Assembly (NCBI GenBank): GCA_964406955.1 | Contig: CAYOTP010000002.1 | Coordinates: 369-64,368, forward strand | DNA length: 64,000 nt | From: an uncultured Thermoplasmatales archaeon | Lineage (GTDB): Archaea; Thermoplasmatota; E2; DHVEG-1 | Direction of reading: 5' to 3' | Shown here: positions 19,107 to 29,276 of the stretch, piece by piece | How positions within the stretch are numbered: the stretch's first letter is position 1 | How the letters are laid out: every line of letters starts with the position of its first letter | Notes under the pieces: model-generated | The model's input: only the letters and a program-made list of their open reading frames with translations | Databases searched by the model: none | What the model was told of the DNA's origin: nothing | Position numbers and translations under genes: made by a program

Positions 19107-19678
19107 TCTTCCACCATTGATTTTTTAATTTCAAAATCAATGAAATCACAATGATTAACAATAACTGCTTCTGCAGATCGTTTCGTTTTATCACCCTCGT
19201 GAGAATGTGCATAGATAATATGAGCTATTTCATCCGGAAGGCCATGTTGCCATGCCAGTTTTGCTCCTGAAACAGGATGGCGGAATTTTTTCCCATATTC
19301 TCCTTTCACGATTTTTTGATCAACGATGTCATATTCAACAAGTTTTCCTACATCATGAAGTAACGCACCGGCAATCAGATAATCTTGATTGAGGTCTTCA
19401 TCCCGTTGTTTCATAATGGTATAGACCATACGAGTTATTCGTTTCGTATGATCTGTTAATTTTCCAGAGTTATCAAAAAGTAATGTAAAGGGGACGTCAT
19501 GAATGCTATTCCATCCTCTTTCTTCTGCTGCAGTTTTCCATATGGCTACAACTTTCTCTCGTATAGTTTCTTCTTTTATCCAAGATAGTTCTTCAGAAAA
19601 ACAATTTTTTATTTCTTCTTCACTTACCACAACTGGTACCCCCAGAAAGCTTTTATTTTGATTGCCAACGTAATACAA
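19103..19678 (-). CDS. HD-domain phosphohydrolase
   Basis: 191 aa; HD motif GALLHDVGK; first gene of the citF operon. Confidence 0.65.
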   Translation of the reverse strand: MYYVGNQNKSFLGVPVVVSEEEIKNCFSEELSWIKEETIREKVVAIWKTAAEERGWNSIHDVPFTLLFDNSGKLTDHTKRITRMVYTIMKQRDEDLNQDYLIAGALLHDVGKLVEYDIVDQKIVKGEYGKKFRHPVSGAKLAWQHGLPDEIAHIIYAHSHEGDKTKRSAEAVIVNHCDFIDFEIKKSMVEE

Positions 19679-19967
19679 TCCACTTATTATTAATATTTGG
19701 TCTAGTTACCTGAAAAATTAAAAAAATTTGGGACTGAGGGAAGGAAAGAGGTGATTTAGAGGGGTATTGGATGGGTACCCGTAAAAATTTTGGGTGTGCT
19801 TCCTTCCCAACCAGCTTCCAAGTATAGGAAATAATTTTTACTTTTAAGTGCCTTTTTCGCAGGTAGATATACTTGTGTATGTGCACAACAGTATGGATAT
19901 TGGATAATACTTGTAAAAGAAATTTTAATAAATAACAAGTATAAAATATGTTCTGCAGCGTGTTTCT

Positions 19968-21263
19968 ATGTCAGCAGGGCTACTAAAACGACTTCGTATT
20001 TCTAAGATCGATGCGATCATTGTTGTGGTGTTAGTAGTTATAGCTGGCTATGTTCTTTCCCAATCGGAATATGTTTCTCCTGCAATTGAAAAAGTCGTTA
20101 GCCCGATAACTGAAGAAGAAGCAGTAGTTCCCCCAGAACCAGAAGAACCAGAACTCCCCCTACCCCCTGAATCCTTAACTGCAGGATATATGAGAGCAGT
20201 TTCCCCTGAAGATGAGGGGCTTCATTTTGATAAGATAGCAGTGACGAGAGAATGGTGGTATTATTCAGCAATTTTTGATGATGATAGTGATCTAGCCGGA
20301 TGGACCATAACAATTAGTTTTAATCATATGGCAAGAACTGATCTTTTAGGAACTGCAAAACCTGATCTCTTTGTATTTACGCTGCATGGTCCAAATGGTG
20401 AAAGTTATGGAGGGTTGACCAATGAAGAAAGAGGATTAGGCATATTAAAACAACCAACTCTTCAAGCAAAAACTCCTGGTGTAGGAGTGAGTTTTGAAAA
20501 ATCTTGGGCTGAGGGGAGTGCACCAGAATGGTTCGTACACGCTGAAGATAATGACATTGATAAAAATCATGATATCGTTGCCGATTTGAAATTCTTTGCA
20601 CCCAACGACCCGATTTGGACTATGGGTGATAAAGCGCTAACGAAGAATCAGCAGAATCTAGCATCTTACGTGTTTCTTGGCTGTGAGGTGACGGGAACGG
20701 TCAAAATCGATGGGGAACATTATGATGTAAGTGGAGTGGGATTTCATGAGCATACTTGGTCTCCAAATGTGGTAACAAAAATTCTTGTGAATGGGTGGGA
20801 TTGGACTCAGATTCGTTTGGATAATGGTTGGACCATCTATTATCAAACGTATTATCCAACACCCCAATATATTACTACGAAAACCCCAAATATTAATCCA
20901 TTTGGATCATTGATACTAACCACAGATCATGGAAAAACGCTTACATCTTTTGATAAGGTAGGTCGGGAAATAGTGGATGCAGATGATGAAATTTTTACGT
21001 TTGTTAAAATGCCATTGGATATCTCAGTGAATGGGGGGGCAGGGGTTTTGCAACCATTGCTTAGCTCATATAGAATATCGATTGATTTTAACATTCGTGC
21101 AAGTAACACCTATGAACATGTGTGGAAGTTTCCAACCTATGTAGGAATGAATATTGGCCGATCAACAGTGGGTGGCAGCATTAGTTGGTCCGATGATGAC
21201 GGAGATCATGATGTTTCTTTTACAGGGATTGCAAGTTCTTGGAACATGAGGGCATTTTTATAA
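19968..21263 (+). CDS. secreted hypothetical protein, possible AttH/CrtC-like lipocalin domain
   Basis: 431 aa; N-terminal TM anchor, Pro/Glu-rich linker; Trp-rich blocks WWYYSAIFDD, GWDWTQIRLDNGW. Confidence 0.5.
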   Translation: MSAGLLKRLRISKIDAIIVVVLVVIAGYVLSQSEYVSPAIEKVVSPITEEEAVVPPEPEEPELPLPPESLTAGYMRAVSPEDEGLHFDKIAVTREWWYYSAIFDDDSDLAGWTITISFNHMARTDLLGTAKPDLFVFTLHGPNGESYGGLTNEERGLGILKQPTLQAKTPGVGVSFEKSWAEGSAPEWFVHAEDNDIDKNHDIVADLKFFAPNDPIWTMGDKALTKNQQNLASYVFLGCEVTGTVKIDGEHYDVSGVGFHEHTWSPNVVTKILVNGWDWTQIRLDNGWTIYYQTYYPTPQYITTKTPNINPFGSLILTTDHGKTLTSFDKVGREIVDADDEIFTFVKMPLDISVNGGAGVLQPLLSSYRISIDFNIRASNTYEHVWKFPTYVGMNIGRSTVGGSISWSDDDGDHDVSFTGIASSWNMRAFL

Positions 21264-21290
21264 ATAAAAATAATAAAAAATAATTGATTT

Positions 21291-21674
21291 TTATTTAAAT
21301 GTTACTTCACCATCATCCGCATTTAGCAAGATCACATCCCCTGTTTTTATTTGATCGATGTCAACGTGATCAACACAGGGAATACCTGCCAATATTGCCC
21401 CTGTTGCAACAATTGTTTCCGTTTCCTTATTGATAATGCCTAAAGGCCCCACACCATTCTTCTGCAGACCATATATCACATAAGATCCAACAGTGGATCC
21501 TTTTCCATTGGGAAACACAAGAATCTTTCCTTTCACTGAGTAACCCTTTAAAGGATGGCTTTTATCTATAATGATACCTGAATTTAAATCAATGCCACCA
21601 TAAAAACCAATAGGTTCAGTTGATACAATTGCTTCACCCTGGACGATACCAGGGGAAATCATCCTTCCTTTCAT
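21291..21674 (-). CDS. aconitase X swivel-domain subunit (DUF126), phosphomevalonate dehydratase small subunit
   Basis: 127 aa; Gly-rich DUF126 pattern; immediately downstream of the AcnX catalytic subunit. Confidence 0.8.
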   Translation of the reverse strand: MKGRMISPGIVQGEAIVSTEPIGFYGGIDLNSGIIIDKSHPLKGYSVKGKILVFPNGKGSTVGSYVIYGLQKNGVGPLGIINKETETIVATGAILAGIPCVDHVDIDQIKTGDVILLNADDGEVTFK

Positions 21675-22858
21675 CAGGACACCTCCTCAATAAGTTTATC
21701 GATATCTGCAAACATCACTTTTTGCTTACAAAAACCAGGTAAATAATTGGCAGCTTTACCTGAATTCACTCCAGTTTGATGATAACCCATTTGTTCAATT
21801 GGAGACACAACCATACAGGTATCAGCAACCACATGTCCTCCAGCAGCCAAGATGATTTCTGAAAAACCCATTCTATCAGAAGCTTCCTTCATCATTCTTG
21901 ATGTGCAAATCCATACGGGTTTTTTCAATTGTTTTCCCTTCACTTTCTCTGCCAAAACAGCTATCTCCCTCAACGAAGCATGGGGGCATCCAAGAATGAC
22001 GATATCTAGGTTGTCACCATCAGTTAAGGTTTCATAGGTCTCATCAATATCTTTCTGCTCAACGGTAATTTTCTCCCCAATGTCTTTGTTAACTAGATCT
22101 GCTTCAGGTGTTAGTTCATTCACATGATACAACGCAACAGCACCTGAAGCGGCCATTGCAGCACCTAAAGCTTTTAAATGATCGGTATTTGCATCTGTGA
22201 TCCCTGTAAAATAGGGAATTTTGTTTTTCACTTTTTTTCCAACATAGTAGCCTAATGACCCATAATCAGAAGTAAATGAAAGCTTCGCATCAACATGGAT
22301 TTGTATCGTTGGCTGTCTGTTCTTCCAAAGATGCAAACCATACTCTGGAGTACGACCACAAAGTGATGCCGCAAGTGCAGAGGGGCCTCCCTCCCTATTT
22401 GTACGAGCTCCAATTACTGAATTGGAAAATGAAACAGCAGAAGATTCAGACCAAGCAATATGTTCCCGAAACCGGGGAAGATTCCCAGCCAAATAAGGTG
22501 TACAGGTGGAAGTAATAACTATTCCCATTTTTTTAAATGCATCAATAATCCTTAACTGATTCTTTGCAAATTCCTCAGGGAAACCAAGTTCTTTATAGTT
22601 CTCAAGGTCCATACCCGCAGGATTTAAAAAAGTAAGCACTTGAGCCTTTGCATCTTTTGAAGCAATATCTTCAAGAAAAGTGGTTCCCGGTTCTCCTATG
22701 GATTTGTAGGAAACACCTGCAACTTGGACGGATCCAACAGGAATCATTTTTTCAGCACCGTAAATCTCCCCTAATCGAACCAACAGTCGAAACATTCGTT
22801 CCTTGACCTCACCAGCTTCACCATCAAGCATTTGTTCCTCTTCAGTAGTTAGATACAT
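21674..22858 (-). CDS. aconitase X catalytic subunit (DUF521), phosphomevalonate dehydratase large subunit
   Basis: 394 aa; Cys-containing AcnX catalytic domain; in operon with MVK and UbiD homolog. Confidence 0.8.
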   Translation of the reverse strand: MYLTTEEEQMLDGEAGEVKERMFRLLVRLGEIYGAEKMIPVGSVQVAGVSYKSIGEPGTTFLEDIASKDAKAQVLTFLNPAGMDLENYKELGFPEEFAKNQLRIIDAFKKMGIVITSTCTPYLAGNLPRFREHIAWSESSAVSFSNSVIGARTNREGGPSALAASLCGRTPEYGLHLWKNRQPTIQIHVDAKLSFTSDYGSLGYYVGKKVKNKIPYFTGITDANTDHLKALGAAMAASGAVALYHVNELTPEADLVNKDIGEKITVEQKDIDETYETLTDGDNLDIVILGCPHASLREIAVLAEKVKGKQLKKPVWICTSRMMKEASDRMGFSEIILAAGGHVVADTCMVVSPIEQMGYHQTGVNSGKAANYLPGFCKQKVMFADIDKLIEEVS

Positions 22859-23175
22859 GATTCAAGCTCCTTGCAATTCTTCATAATAATATCAATATCT
22901 TCTTTTGTTGCATTATCTATATGAATTCCCCCTACTACAACAACAGTGGTATCATATTTTTTACATGCTTTTTCAGCAATTGGTCCCAACACAAGATAGT
23001 CTTTATGCGTCCCCAATCGGATTGTATTTGATTTTTCACCAGGTTCACAAACAACCACACTACCAATATGAGGTTTTTCACCACCCTGTACCACATACAG
23101 GAGGTTTTCCCCCACCATATGTTTTTCAATTTTAACCCAGTGTTTACCCGTTCCCGATGTAATCATCGATATCAA
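22849..23175 (-). CDS. conserved hypothetical protein embedded in mevalonate operon
   Basis: 108 aa; overlaps both neighbours by a few nt (translational coupling); no motif I recognise. Confidence 0.5.
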   Translation of the reverse strand: MISMITSGTGKHWVKIEKHMVGENLLYVVQGGEKPHIGSVVVCEPGEKSNTIRLGTHKDYLVLGPIAEKACKKYDTTVVVVGGIHIDNATKEDIDIIMKNCKELESCI

Positions 23176-24460
23176 CTAATTCATAATGTACTTTCTCATA
23201 ATTTTTTTTATCGACATGTTCCGGAATGGTTGCATCAATCCCCATCTTTGCAGTACGTGTTTTTTCCCCAGGAACATGAACACCGGATGGATCCAATGAA
23301 CTACCCGTCTGAAGTTCTTTGACCAGTAAATCTTTATCTGATTGAAAACGAGTTGCTATCGCCCATTCAACAGCCAAAGGATCATAAATGTCAACATCCT
23401 CATCAACGATTACAACATGTTTCAAACTCCCATGCCCTTTAAATGCTGCTTCAATTGCTTTCTTTGGTTCATCAGGGTGCTTTTTGTTGATTTGTACTAT
23501 AGCATGAAGCCAAGATCCACCACCAATAGTGACGTACACGTTGGAACAAGACGTAACTTTACTGACTTCGTGATAAATCGTTGGTTCCTTGGGCATCCCC
23601 ATCAATGTCTTATGCTCAAATCGACCAGGTATTAATGCTTGATACATCGCATCATTTCGATGGGTGATACAATCAACGACAAATACAGGTTCCTGTCTTT
23701 CAAAATCCCGTGTTTCCGTAAGATCAACAAAAGGGCCTTCCCGATCAACATCACGAGTGAGACGACCTTCAAGCACAATCTCTGAAAAAGCAGGCACCTC
23801 CAAATCCTTGGTCTTACATTTCACAAGTGGTGTTTCATCTAATGCATTGGCAATACCGAACTCATCAACAGTAGATGGTGGGCCAAGTGATGCAGCAACC
23901 ATTACTGCCACAGAACTTCCTAGGCACACAGCCATTTCGAGGTCACCGTCGATTTTATCAAAAGTAGTTCGGGTTTGTCTTTTTTTTATCAGTCGAGCAG
24001 TAAGTTTGTTTTTCCCAACCTGCATCAATCGATGATATGAGACGTTCCGTCCATCATCTGGATCCTTGATGGTACATACAGATGCTGAGACATATCTTCC
24101 ACCATCTCCATGGAGGTGATGTAGCAGGGGTAGACAAGAAAGATCCGGATTGGTTATCACCTTTTCTTGACAAGGTGCTTTTTCAATGATTTCTGGTTTT
24201 TTTGGATTCTTTAAAGCATCAACCAGTTTAAACAGTAGTTCTTCTTTGCTTGTATTTAATCCCTGGGCTATGATATCTCTATTTGAAGTGATTCCTGCAA
24301 ATACGGGAAAATCAAATCCTTTGACTTTTTCAAACAACACCGGTTGTTCCTTTAATGAATAAATGATGTTAGCTGCTTCAAACTGATGAGAAATAGGTCT
24401 AGTGATACGGGTGAGTTTCTGCTCATCTTCAAGTTTTTTTAGAAAGGAGCGAAGATCCAT
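23144..24460 (-). CDS. UbiD-family decarboxylase (likely trans-anhydromevalonate-5-phosphate decarboxylase)
   Basis: 438 aa UbiD-like; genomic context with MVK and AcnX matches the archaeal alternative mevalonate pathway. Confidence 0.8.
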   Translation of the reverse strand: MDLRSFLKKLEDEQKLTRITRPISHQFEAANIIYSLKEQPVLFEKVKGFDFPVFAGITSNRDIIAQGLNTSKEELLFKLVDALKNPKKPEIIEKAPCQEKVITNPDLSCLPLLHHLHGDGGRYVSASVCTIKDPDDGRNVSYHRLMQVGKNKLTARLIKKRQTRTTFDKIDGDLEMAVCLGSSVAVMVAASLGPPSTVDEFGIANALDETPLVKCKTKDLEVPAFSEIVLEGRLTRDVDREGPFVDLTETRDFERQEPVFVVDCITHRNDAMYQALIPGRFEHKTLMGMPKEPTIYHEVSKVTSCSNVYVTIGGGSWLHAIVQINKKHPDEPKKAIEAAFKGHGSLKHVVIVDEDVDIYDPLAVEWAIATRFQSDKDLLVKELQTGSSLDPSGVHVPGEKTRTAKMGIDATIPEHVDKKNYEKVHYELVDIDDYIGNG

Positions 24461-25411
24461 CTAAAGGTCACCTTGTCTTTTAACACCAATGCTAGTTTTT
24501 AATGCTTTGAACCCTTCTTTTTCAATGGCATTTGCCACTTCATCTTGTAATCTTTTCCCAGGAGTTAATGCTAACATATTACCACCAAGACCGCCACCAG
24601 TAAGTTTTGCTCCATATGCCCCATAATCCCGGGCAAGCTTAACAAGGAAATCAAGCTCTCTTGAAGAAACTTCGATTTGTTGTAATAACTTATGATTTTC
24701 ATTCATCAATTTACCGATCTCATGAACGTCTTCATCGATAAATGCCTGTTTTGCCAAATACGCAATATTTTCAGCTCTTTTGAAAATTTCTTCGTATTTC
24801 TCAGGCTGCGCCTCCTTTCTCTGTCTAACACCACTAACAGCAGCCGTGGTGTCTGCCACTTTTCCTGTATTTCCCATTACAATTTCAATTTGATTTTGAA
24901 GTTCAATTCTATCCATAACGGGTGGTTGTTTTTTTTCAAACCATATCAGGCCGCCAAAGGTCGATGCAGTGTTATCAATTCCAGATGGAGTTCCATGATA
25001 TCCTTTTTCACCTTCATACGCTATTTCATTGATTTCATCATCAGATAATTCCAATTGATAAAAATTAGAGAGTGCTCTTGCTACGGCCACACATGATGCT
25101 GCGCTTGCTCCGATACCACTTGCAGCATATAATGTGCCTGCTAATTCAATTTCAACGCCTTCTTTTGAGAAATCAAGATTCATTTTTTGTATTATTCGTT
25201 TTATCGAATCCTTTTGCTGATCCTTTTTATCCTCCTTATATTTAGGAGTTGCGTTTCGGTTATCAACTAGGGACAATCTCGCTTCATGATATGTCTTAGC
25301 TTTTGCAATGGTATACTTATCAATTGCAGAAACAATTGCTGGCACACCATACACAACGAAATGTTCATTGAACAAAATAGCCTTTCCAAAACCTATACCC
25401 TCACCATTCAT
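24461..25411 (-). CDS. mvk: mevalonate kinase (GHMP kinase)
   Basis: 316 aa; N-terminal KAILFNEHFVVYG and GHMP P-loop-like Gly-rich motif LTGGGLGG. Confidence 0.75.
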   Translation of the reverse strand: MNGEGIGFGKAILFNEHFVVYGVPAIVSAIDKYTIAKAKTYHEARLSLVDNRNATPKYKEDKKDQQKDSIKRIIQKMNLDFSKEGVEIELAGTLYAASGIGASAASCVAVARALSNFYQLELSDDEINEIAYEGEKGYHGTPSGIDNTASTFGGLIWFEKKQPPVMDRIELQNQIEIVMGNTGKVADTTAAVSGVRQRKEAQPEKYEEIFKRAENIAYLAKQAFIDEDVHEIGKLMNENHKLLQQIEVSSRELDFLVKLARDYGAYGAKLTGGGLGGNMLALTPGKRLQDEVANAIEKEGFKALKTSIGVKRQGDL

Positions 25412-25493
25412 AATGCATCACAAAATTTTTTGATAGGATTTGCTTTTAACATTGTTAAACTAGAAAGGTGAATAAAATGAAAGTATTTCAGAT

Positions 25494-26501
25494 TTATGTT
25501 TGTTTACCTTCGTTTAGAATCTGATTTCGTAGTTTTCGAACTGTTGTTCCTTTTTTACGCGCCTCATGCACTGAAACAATAAATCCAATAAATCCTGTGA
25601 ACAAATCAGTTACCACAAAACCAAGCAGAGAAACAACAAACATTTTTTCTCCTGAAACTGCAAACAAAGTCGAAAACAGAACTATTGCAGTAAACTCTCT
25701 TGTTCCAAGTCCTGCAAAGCTAATTGGGATAAAGCCTGCTGCGTTAGCCAATGGAAAGAGAAGTAGGAAATAAAGATAAGGAATGGGCATATCTAAAGCA
25801 TGAACCAGAAGGTATTTTTGCGAAAAAATAATAATCCAAGTGAACACGCCAATGGATATTGGAAGAAAAAGAGATTTTATCCTTGGAAAATCCTGATAAA
25901 AGGAATCGGAAAAACGATTGAGATGCCAACGGAATTTTTTAGGGATGAAGTACCGGATAATAAATTTAAAGAACCATTCACCACGATTTTTTCCGACAAA
26001 AAAAAGAAGAAATGAAAGAAAAATTATCATCCATGCTGCAGCGATCATGAACAATTCGGGAAAATCACTTAACACCAATAATGCACCAATGAGAATCATG
26101 GCATACAATGAAAATGTATGAATAATGGTTTCAATCGTAGAATTGATAAACAATTTACCATACGGCTGACCAGTATATTCTTTCAAATGAGGTATTCGCA
26201 TCAATTGCCCTAAATAACCTGGAGTGATACTTCCATAAAAATAGCCGATAAGAAAAATCTTCATTGAATTTATGGAAGATACATGAATTTTTTGTTCTTT
26301 TAATATGAGTTGCCAGGTATAATTTCTTATTAAAATTCTAGGAAAGGCAAATGGTAAGATCAAGAAAATATAAATCGGATGAATAGAAAAAAATGCATCT
26401 TTTATCTTAGTGATATCCAGTTGATATATTGTATAAATGAACAAGATCAAGCCAATAAACGGAAGAAATTTTTTGATAATGGTGAATTTATTATTTTTCA
26501 C
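25494..26501 (-). CDS. LPG-synthase-TM / UPF0104 flippase-like membrane protein
   Basis: 335 aa, about 8 TM; paralog of ORF 30747-31727 (N-terminal KFLPFIGLILF vs KFLPIIGLLLF). Confidence 0.7.
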   Translation of the reverse strand: MKNNKFTIIKKFLPFIGLILFIYTIYQLDITKIKDAFFSIHPIYIFLILPFAFPRILIRNYTWQLILKEQKIHVSSINSMKIFLIGYFYGSITPGYLGQLMRIPHLKEYTGQPYGKLFINSTIETIIHTFSLYAMILIGALLVLSDFPELFMIAAAWMIIFLSFLLFFVGKNRGEWFFKFIIRYFIPKKFRWHLNRFSDSFYQDFPRIKSLFLPISIGVFTWIIIFSQKYLLVHALDMPIPYLYFLLLFPLANAAGFIPISFAGLGTREFTAIVLFSTLFAVSGEKMFVVSLLGFVVTDLFTGFIGFIVSVHEARKKGTTVRKLRNQILNEGKQT

Positions 26502-26693
26502 AATTTTTCTGCATATGATTTCTCATTAAAGTTTTTTTCACTTCCAAAACCTTATAGTATACAAAAGATCATTGTGATGTTTTTGATGTGAACCCATTTT
26601 CCAATCGTATTTACCTAACCATACTACTCTTCTATCATTCATGCAATGATCTACTGAATGATGAAAAACGAAAAATAATTATTTTTTAAAAAA

Positions 26694-28295
26694 TTAAAGT
26701 TTTTTTCGTAGCCTATTAATCGCTTGTAATTCATTAATTGAAAGTGTCTGCTTTTTAGGAGCGGTTTTTTTTATCTTTGGTGGGGTTTTAAAAACTTCGG
26801 TAAGAACCCTTCCATCAAAAATTGGTGAAAGTGAAACATCCATCATAGCTAAAATTGTTGGTACAATGTCTACAATAGATGCATTAACCTGCTTATTTTT
26901 AATGATATTATCCCCACAGATGAAAAAAATGCCATGGGGCCGATGATCTCCCATCCAATCGTAAAAACCAGGTGTTGAAATTGTTGAAAGATCATGTTTA
27001 GACGATGTAAAGAGCTCTTTTAATCCTCCCGGAGGTTGCAATAATTCTTGTGCCCCATACTCCTCCTCTAAATCAAAAATGATATCCAATGGATCATTTA
27101 CTGCGTTTTCCCCATAAATTTCTTCCCCGGTGTAAATCTCTTTCACAATTCGTTTTCCAGTTTCAGGATCCTTAACTTGTTTTAAAAAAGAAATTAATTC
27201 AGCTCTAACAGATTCGTAATCCTTTGGATCAACGATGCCGTATGGATATTTTCCCTTAAGATTAATCCTGATGCCACGTGAACATACTGAATGATACATT
27301 GCAACCGTTTTTTTATAATCTATTGTGCTCTGTGATGCTCCAGACATGATCAGTTTTCGACCAATTTCAGATCGTGCCAATTTCTGTAAAGGTATCAGAT
27401 GGAAGATAATTCGGCTGAATCGATCAAAGAGAAGAGCAATAATCGTGTTTAGATTATGAGTGGGATTTGAAGTTGTGTGTAAATATCCTTCATTGTACAA
27501 CGCATTATTGACATAGAAATATTTTTTGGGTTTTCCAAATCCATGATCTGAAACAATTACAAAGTTTGCATCAGGATACTCGTTCATCATATGGCCAATA
27601 TATTCATCTGCTTTCTGATAACATGATAAGATCAAATCCATTCGATCCCATAACAAATGTTGAACGTCATCTGTTCCACGGAAAACGACCATAGTGAAAT
27701 CCCAATCATCCATTTTCATAAGATTCATGGTAACCCTGCCATGAGATGAGGTCATCTTGTTGACCTGATCCGCTAGTTTTTCAGGGGCATATCGTGCGGT
27801 GAGATTCTTTGGGATATCATCAACGGCAACTTGTTCTAGGACATACGAGCCGATCTTATCTGGATTAAGTGCTTTTTTAAGTTCTTTGGGATAAGTAAAA
27901 TTTGATGAAGGCGATGGTGTTAACAATCCAGTGATCATCACACCATTGATCTTCTCTGGAGGATACGTCCCTGGAACATTTACAATAATACTTCGTTTAC
28001 CTTCATCGGTTAAAAACTTCCATATTGCAGGAACCTTTCTATTTCTAGAGTTAATAATTCGTTTTACACAAGTATCAGTTCTAAAAAAATCATAAATACC
28101 ATGTTTTCCTGGTTGAACACCAGTTACCATTGAAACCCATGCTGGAGCGCTATAGTACGGTGTTGTCGATCGTAATTTTCCATAAATACCTTCCTTTTTG
28201 ATTTTTGAAAAGGAGGGTAATTTTCCTTGTTCAATCCAGGGAAGCATTAAATCTAGTGTTCCGCCATCTAGTCCAATAAGTACTGTTTTTGTCAT
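26694..28295 (-). CDS. alkaline-phosphatase superfamily enzyme (type I phosphodiesterase / nucleotide pyrophosphatase family)
   Basis: 533 aa; N-terminal metal-site block IGLDGGT...TTPYYSAPAWVSMVTG...GKHGIYDF typical of PF01663-like proteins. Confidence 0.75.
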   Translation of the reverse strand: MTKTVLIGLDGGTLDLMLPWIEQGKLPSFSKIKKEGIYGKLRSTTPYYSAPAWVSMVTGVQPGKHGIYDFFRTDTCVKRIINSRNRKVPAIWKFLTDEGKRSIIVNVPGTYPPEKINGVMITGLLTPSPSSNFTYPKELKKALNPDKIGSYVLEQVAVDDIPKNLTARYAPEKLADQVNKMTSSHGRVTMNLMKMDDWDFTMVVFRGTDDVQHLLWDRMDLILSCYQKADEYIGHMMNEYPDANFVIVSDHGFGKPKKYFYVNNALYNEGYLHTTSNPTHNLNTIIALLFDRFSRIIFHLIPLQKLARSEIGRKLIMSGASQSTIDYKKTVAMYHSVCSRGIRINLKGKYPYGIVDPKDYESVRAELISFLKQVKDPETGKRIVKEIYTGEEIYGENAVNDPLDIIFDLEEEYGAQELLQPPGGLKELFTSSKHDLSTISTPGFYDWMGDHRPHGIFFICGDNIIKNKQVNASIVDIVPTILAMMDVSLSPIFDGRVLTEVFKTPPKIKKTAPKKQTLSINELQAINRLRKKL

Positions 28296-28483
28296 AATTC
28301 AAAAAAAACTATCTAGAGTATATGATATTAAATTTTCTTTCAATAGTATGGAAAACAAGTGAAAACAATGATTTTAACAGGTGTTACACTGGTGAAAAGT
28401 TTTTAATAAGTCGCAAAGTTATTGATGGGAGAAAAACCTATTTCATAAAAAAAATAATTATAGTCATAATGAGGTAGTCTTAA

Positions 28484-29272
28484 ATGAATTTAAAAGGAAA
28501 AGTAGTTCTTATTTCAGGTGCAACTGGTGGGATGGGTGAAGAATTAGTTAAGGAGCTTGCCAAAGAAGGATGCAAACTTGCTTTGTTCGCCCGAAGGGAA
28601 AATAAATTAAAAGAGCTGAAAGATCAATTGGAAACAGATCACACACCGGTTACCTTTAAAACATGTGATGTTGCTCATAAAGACCAAATAAAGGAAAGTG
28701 TAGATCATACAGTTAAAACATATGGGACCATTGATTTGGCAATATTAACCGCAGGAGTTTTAGTTCCAAACCCTATTCAAACCTTTGATAGTAGCATCAT
28801 TAAACAATCCATGGATATTAATTTCATGGGAATTGTCTATTTCATAGAACAATTACTTCCAATTATGAAAAAACAAAAGAGTGGAACGATTGCAGCTGTA
28901 TCCACCCTACCTGATAAAAGAGGTGTTCCAGGATGGGGAGCCTACGGATCAAGTAAAGCAGCCATGAGTTGGCTGATGGAAAGTCTTCGTGCGGAGGCTA
29001 AACAACGGTATAATGTTAACATGATCACTATTAAACCAGGCTCAGTTGAAACTCCAATGATTGAAGACTATCATCGACAAGGAGCAATTTCAGCAGAGAA
29101 TGCTGCTAAGGTCATGATAAATGGCATTAAAAAAGGTAAACGAGTAATTCAATTTCCAATCGCACAGGTGATGCTGATCCGCTTACAAGATTTGTTCCCT
29201 CCTTTTGCCTATGATCTTTTTCCGATAGAGGCCTCAAAAGGTGAAGGATACCCAAAGGTAGAAGAAGAATAA
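28484..29272 (+). CDS. short-chain dehydrogenase/reductase (SDR)
   Basis: TGxxxGxG (GATGGMG) and catalytic YGSSK (YxxxK). Confidence 0.85.
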   Translation: MNLKGKVVLISGATGGMGEELVKELAKEGCKLALFARRENKLKELKDQLETDHTPVTFKTCDVAHKDQIKESVDHTVKTYGTIDLAILTAGVLVPNPIQTFDSSIIKQSMDINFMGIVYFIEQLLPIMKKQKSGTIAAVSTLPDKRGVPGWGAYGSSKAAMSWLMESLRAEAKQRYNVNMITIKPGSVETPMIEDYHRQGAISAENAAKVMINGIKKGKRVIQFPIAQVMLIRLQDLFPPFAYDLFPIEASKGEGYPKVEEE

Positions 29273-29276
29273 ACAA

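Noticed and set aside
19653-19938. 77- and 60-aa minus ORFs in the divergent spacer
   Set aside because: This is an AT-rich promoter region containing an inverted repeat. There is no RBS or motif, and they are more likely non-coding.
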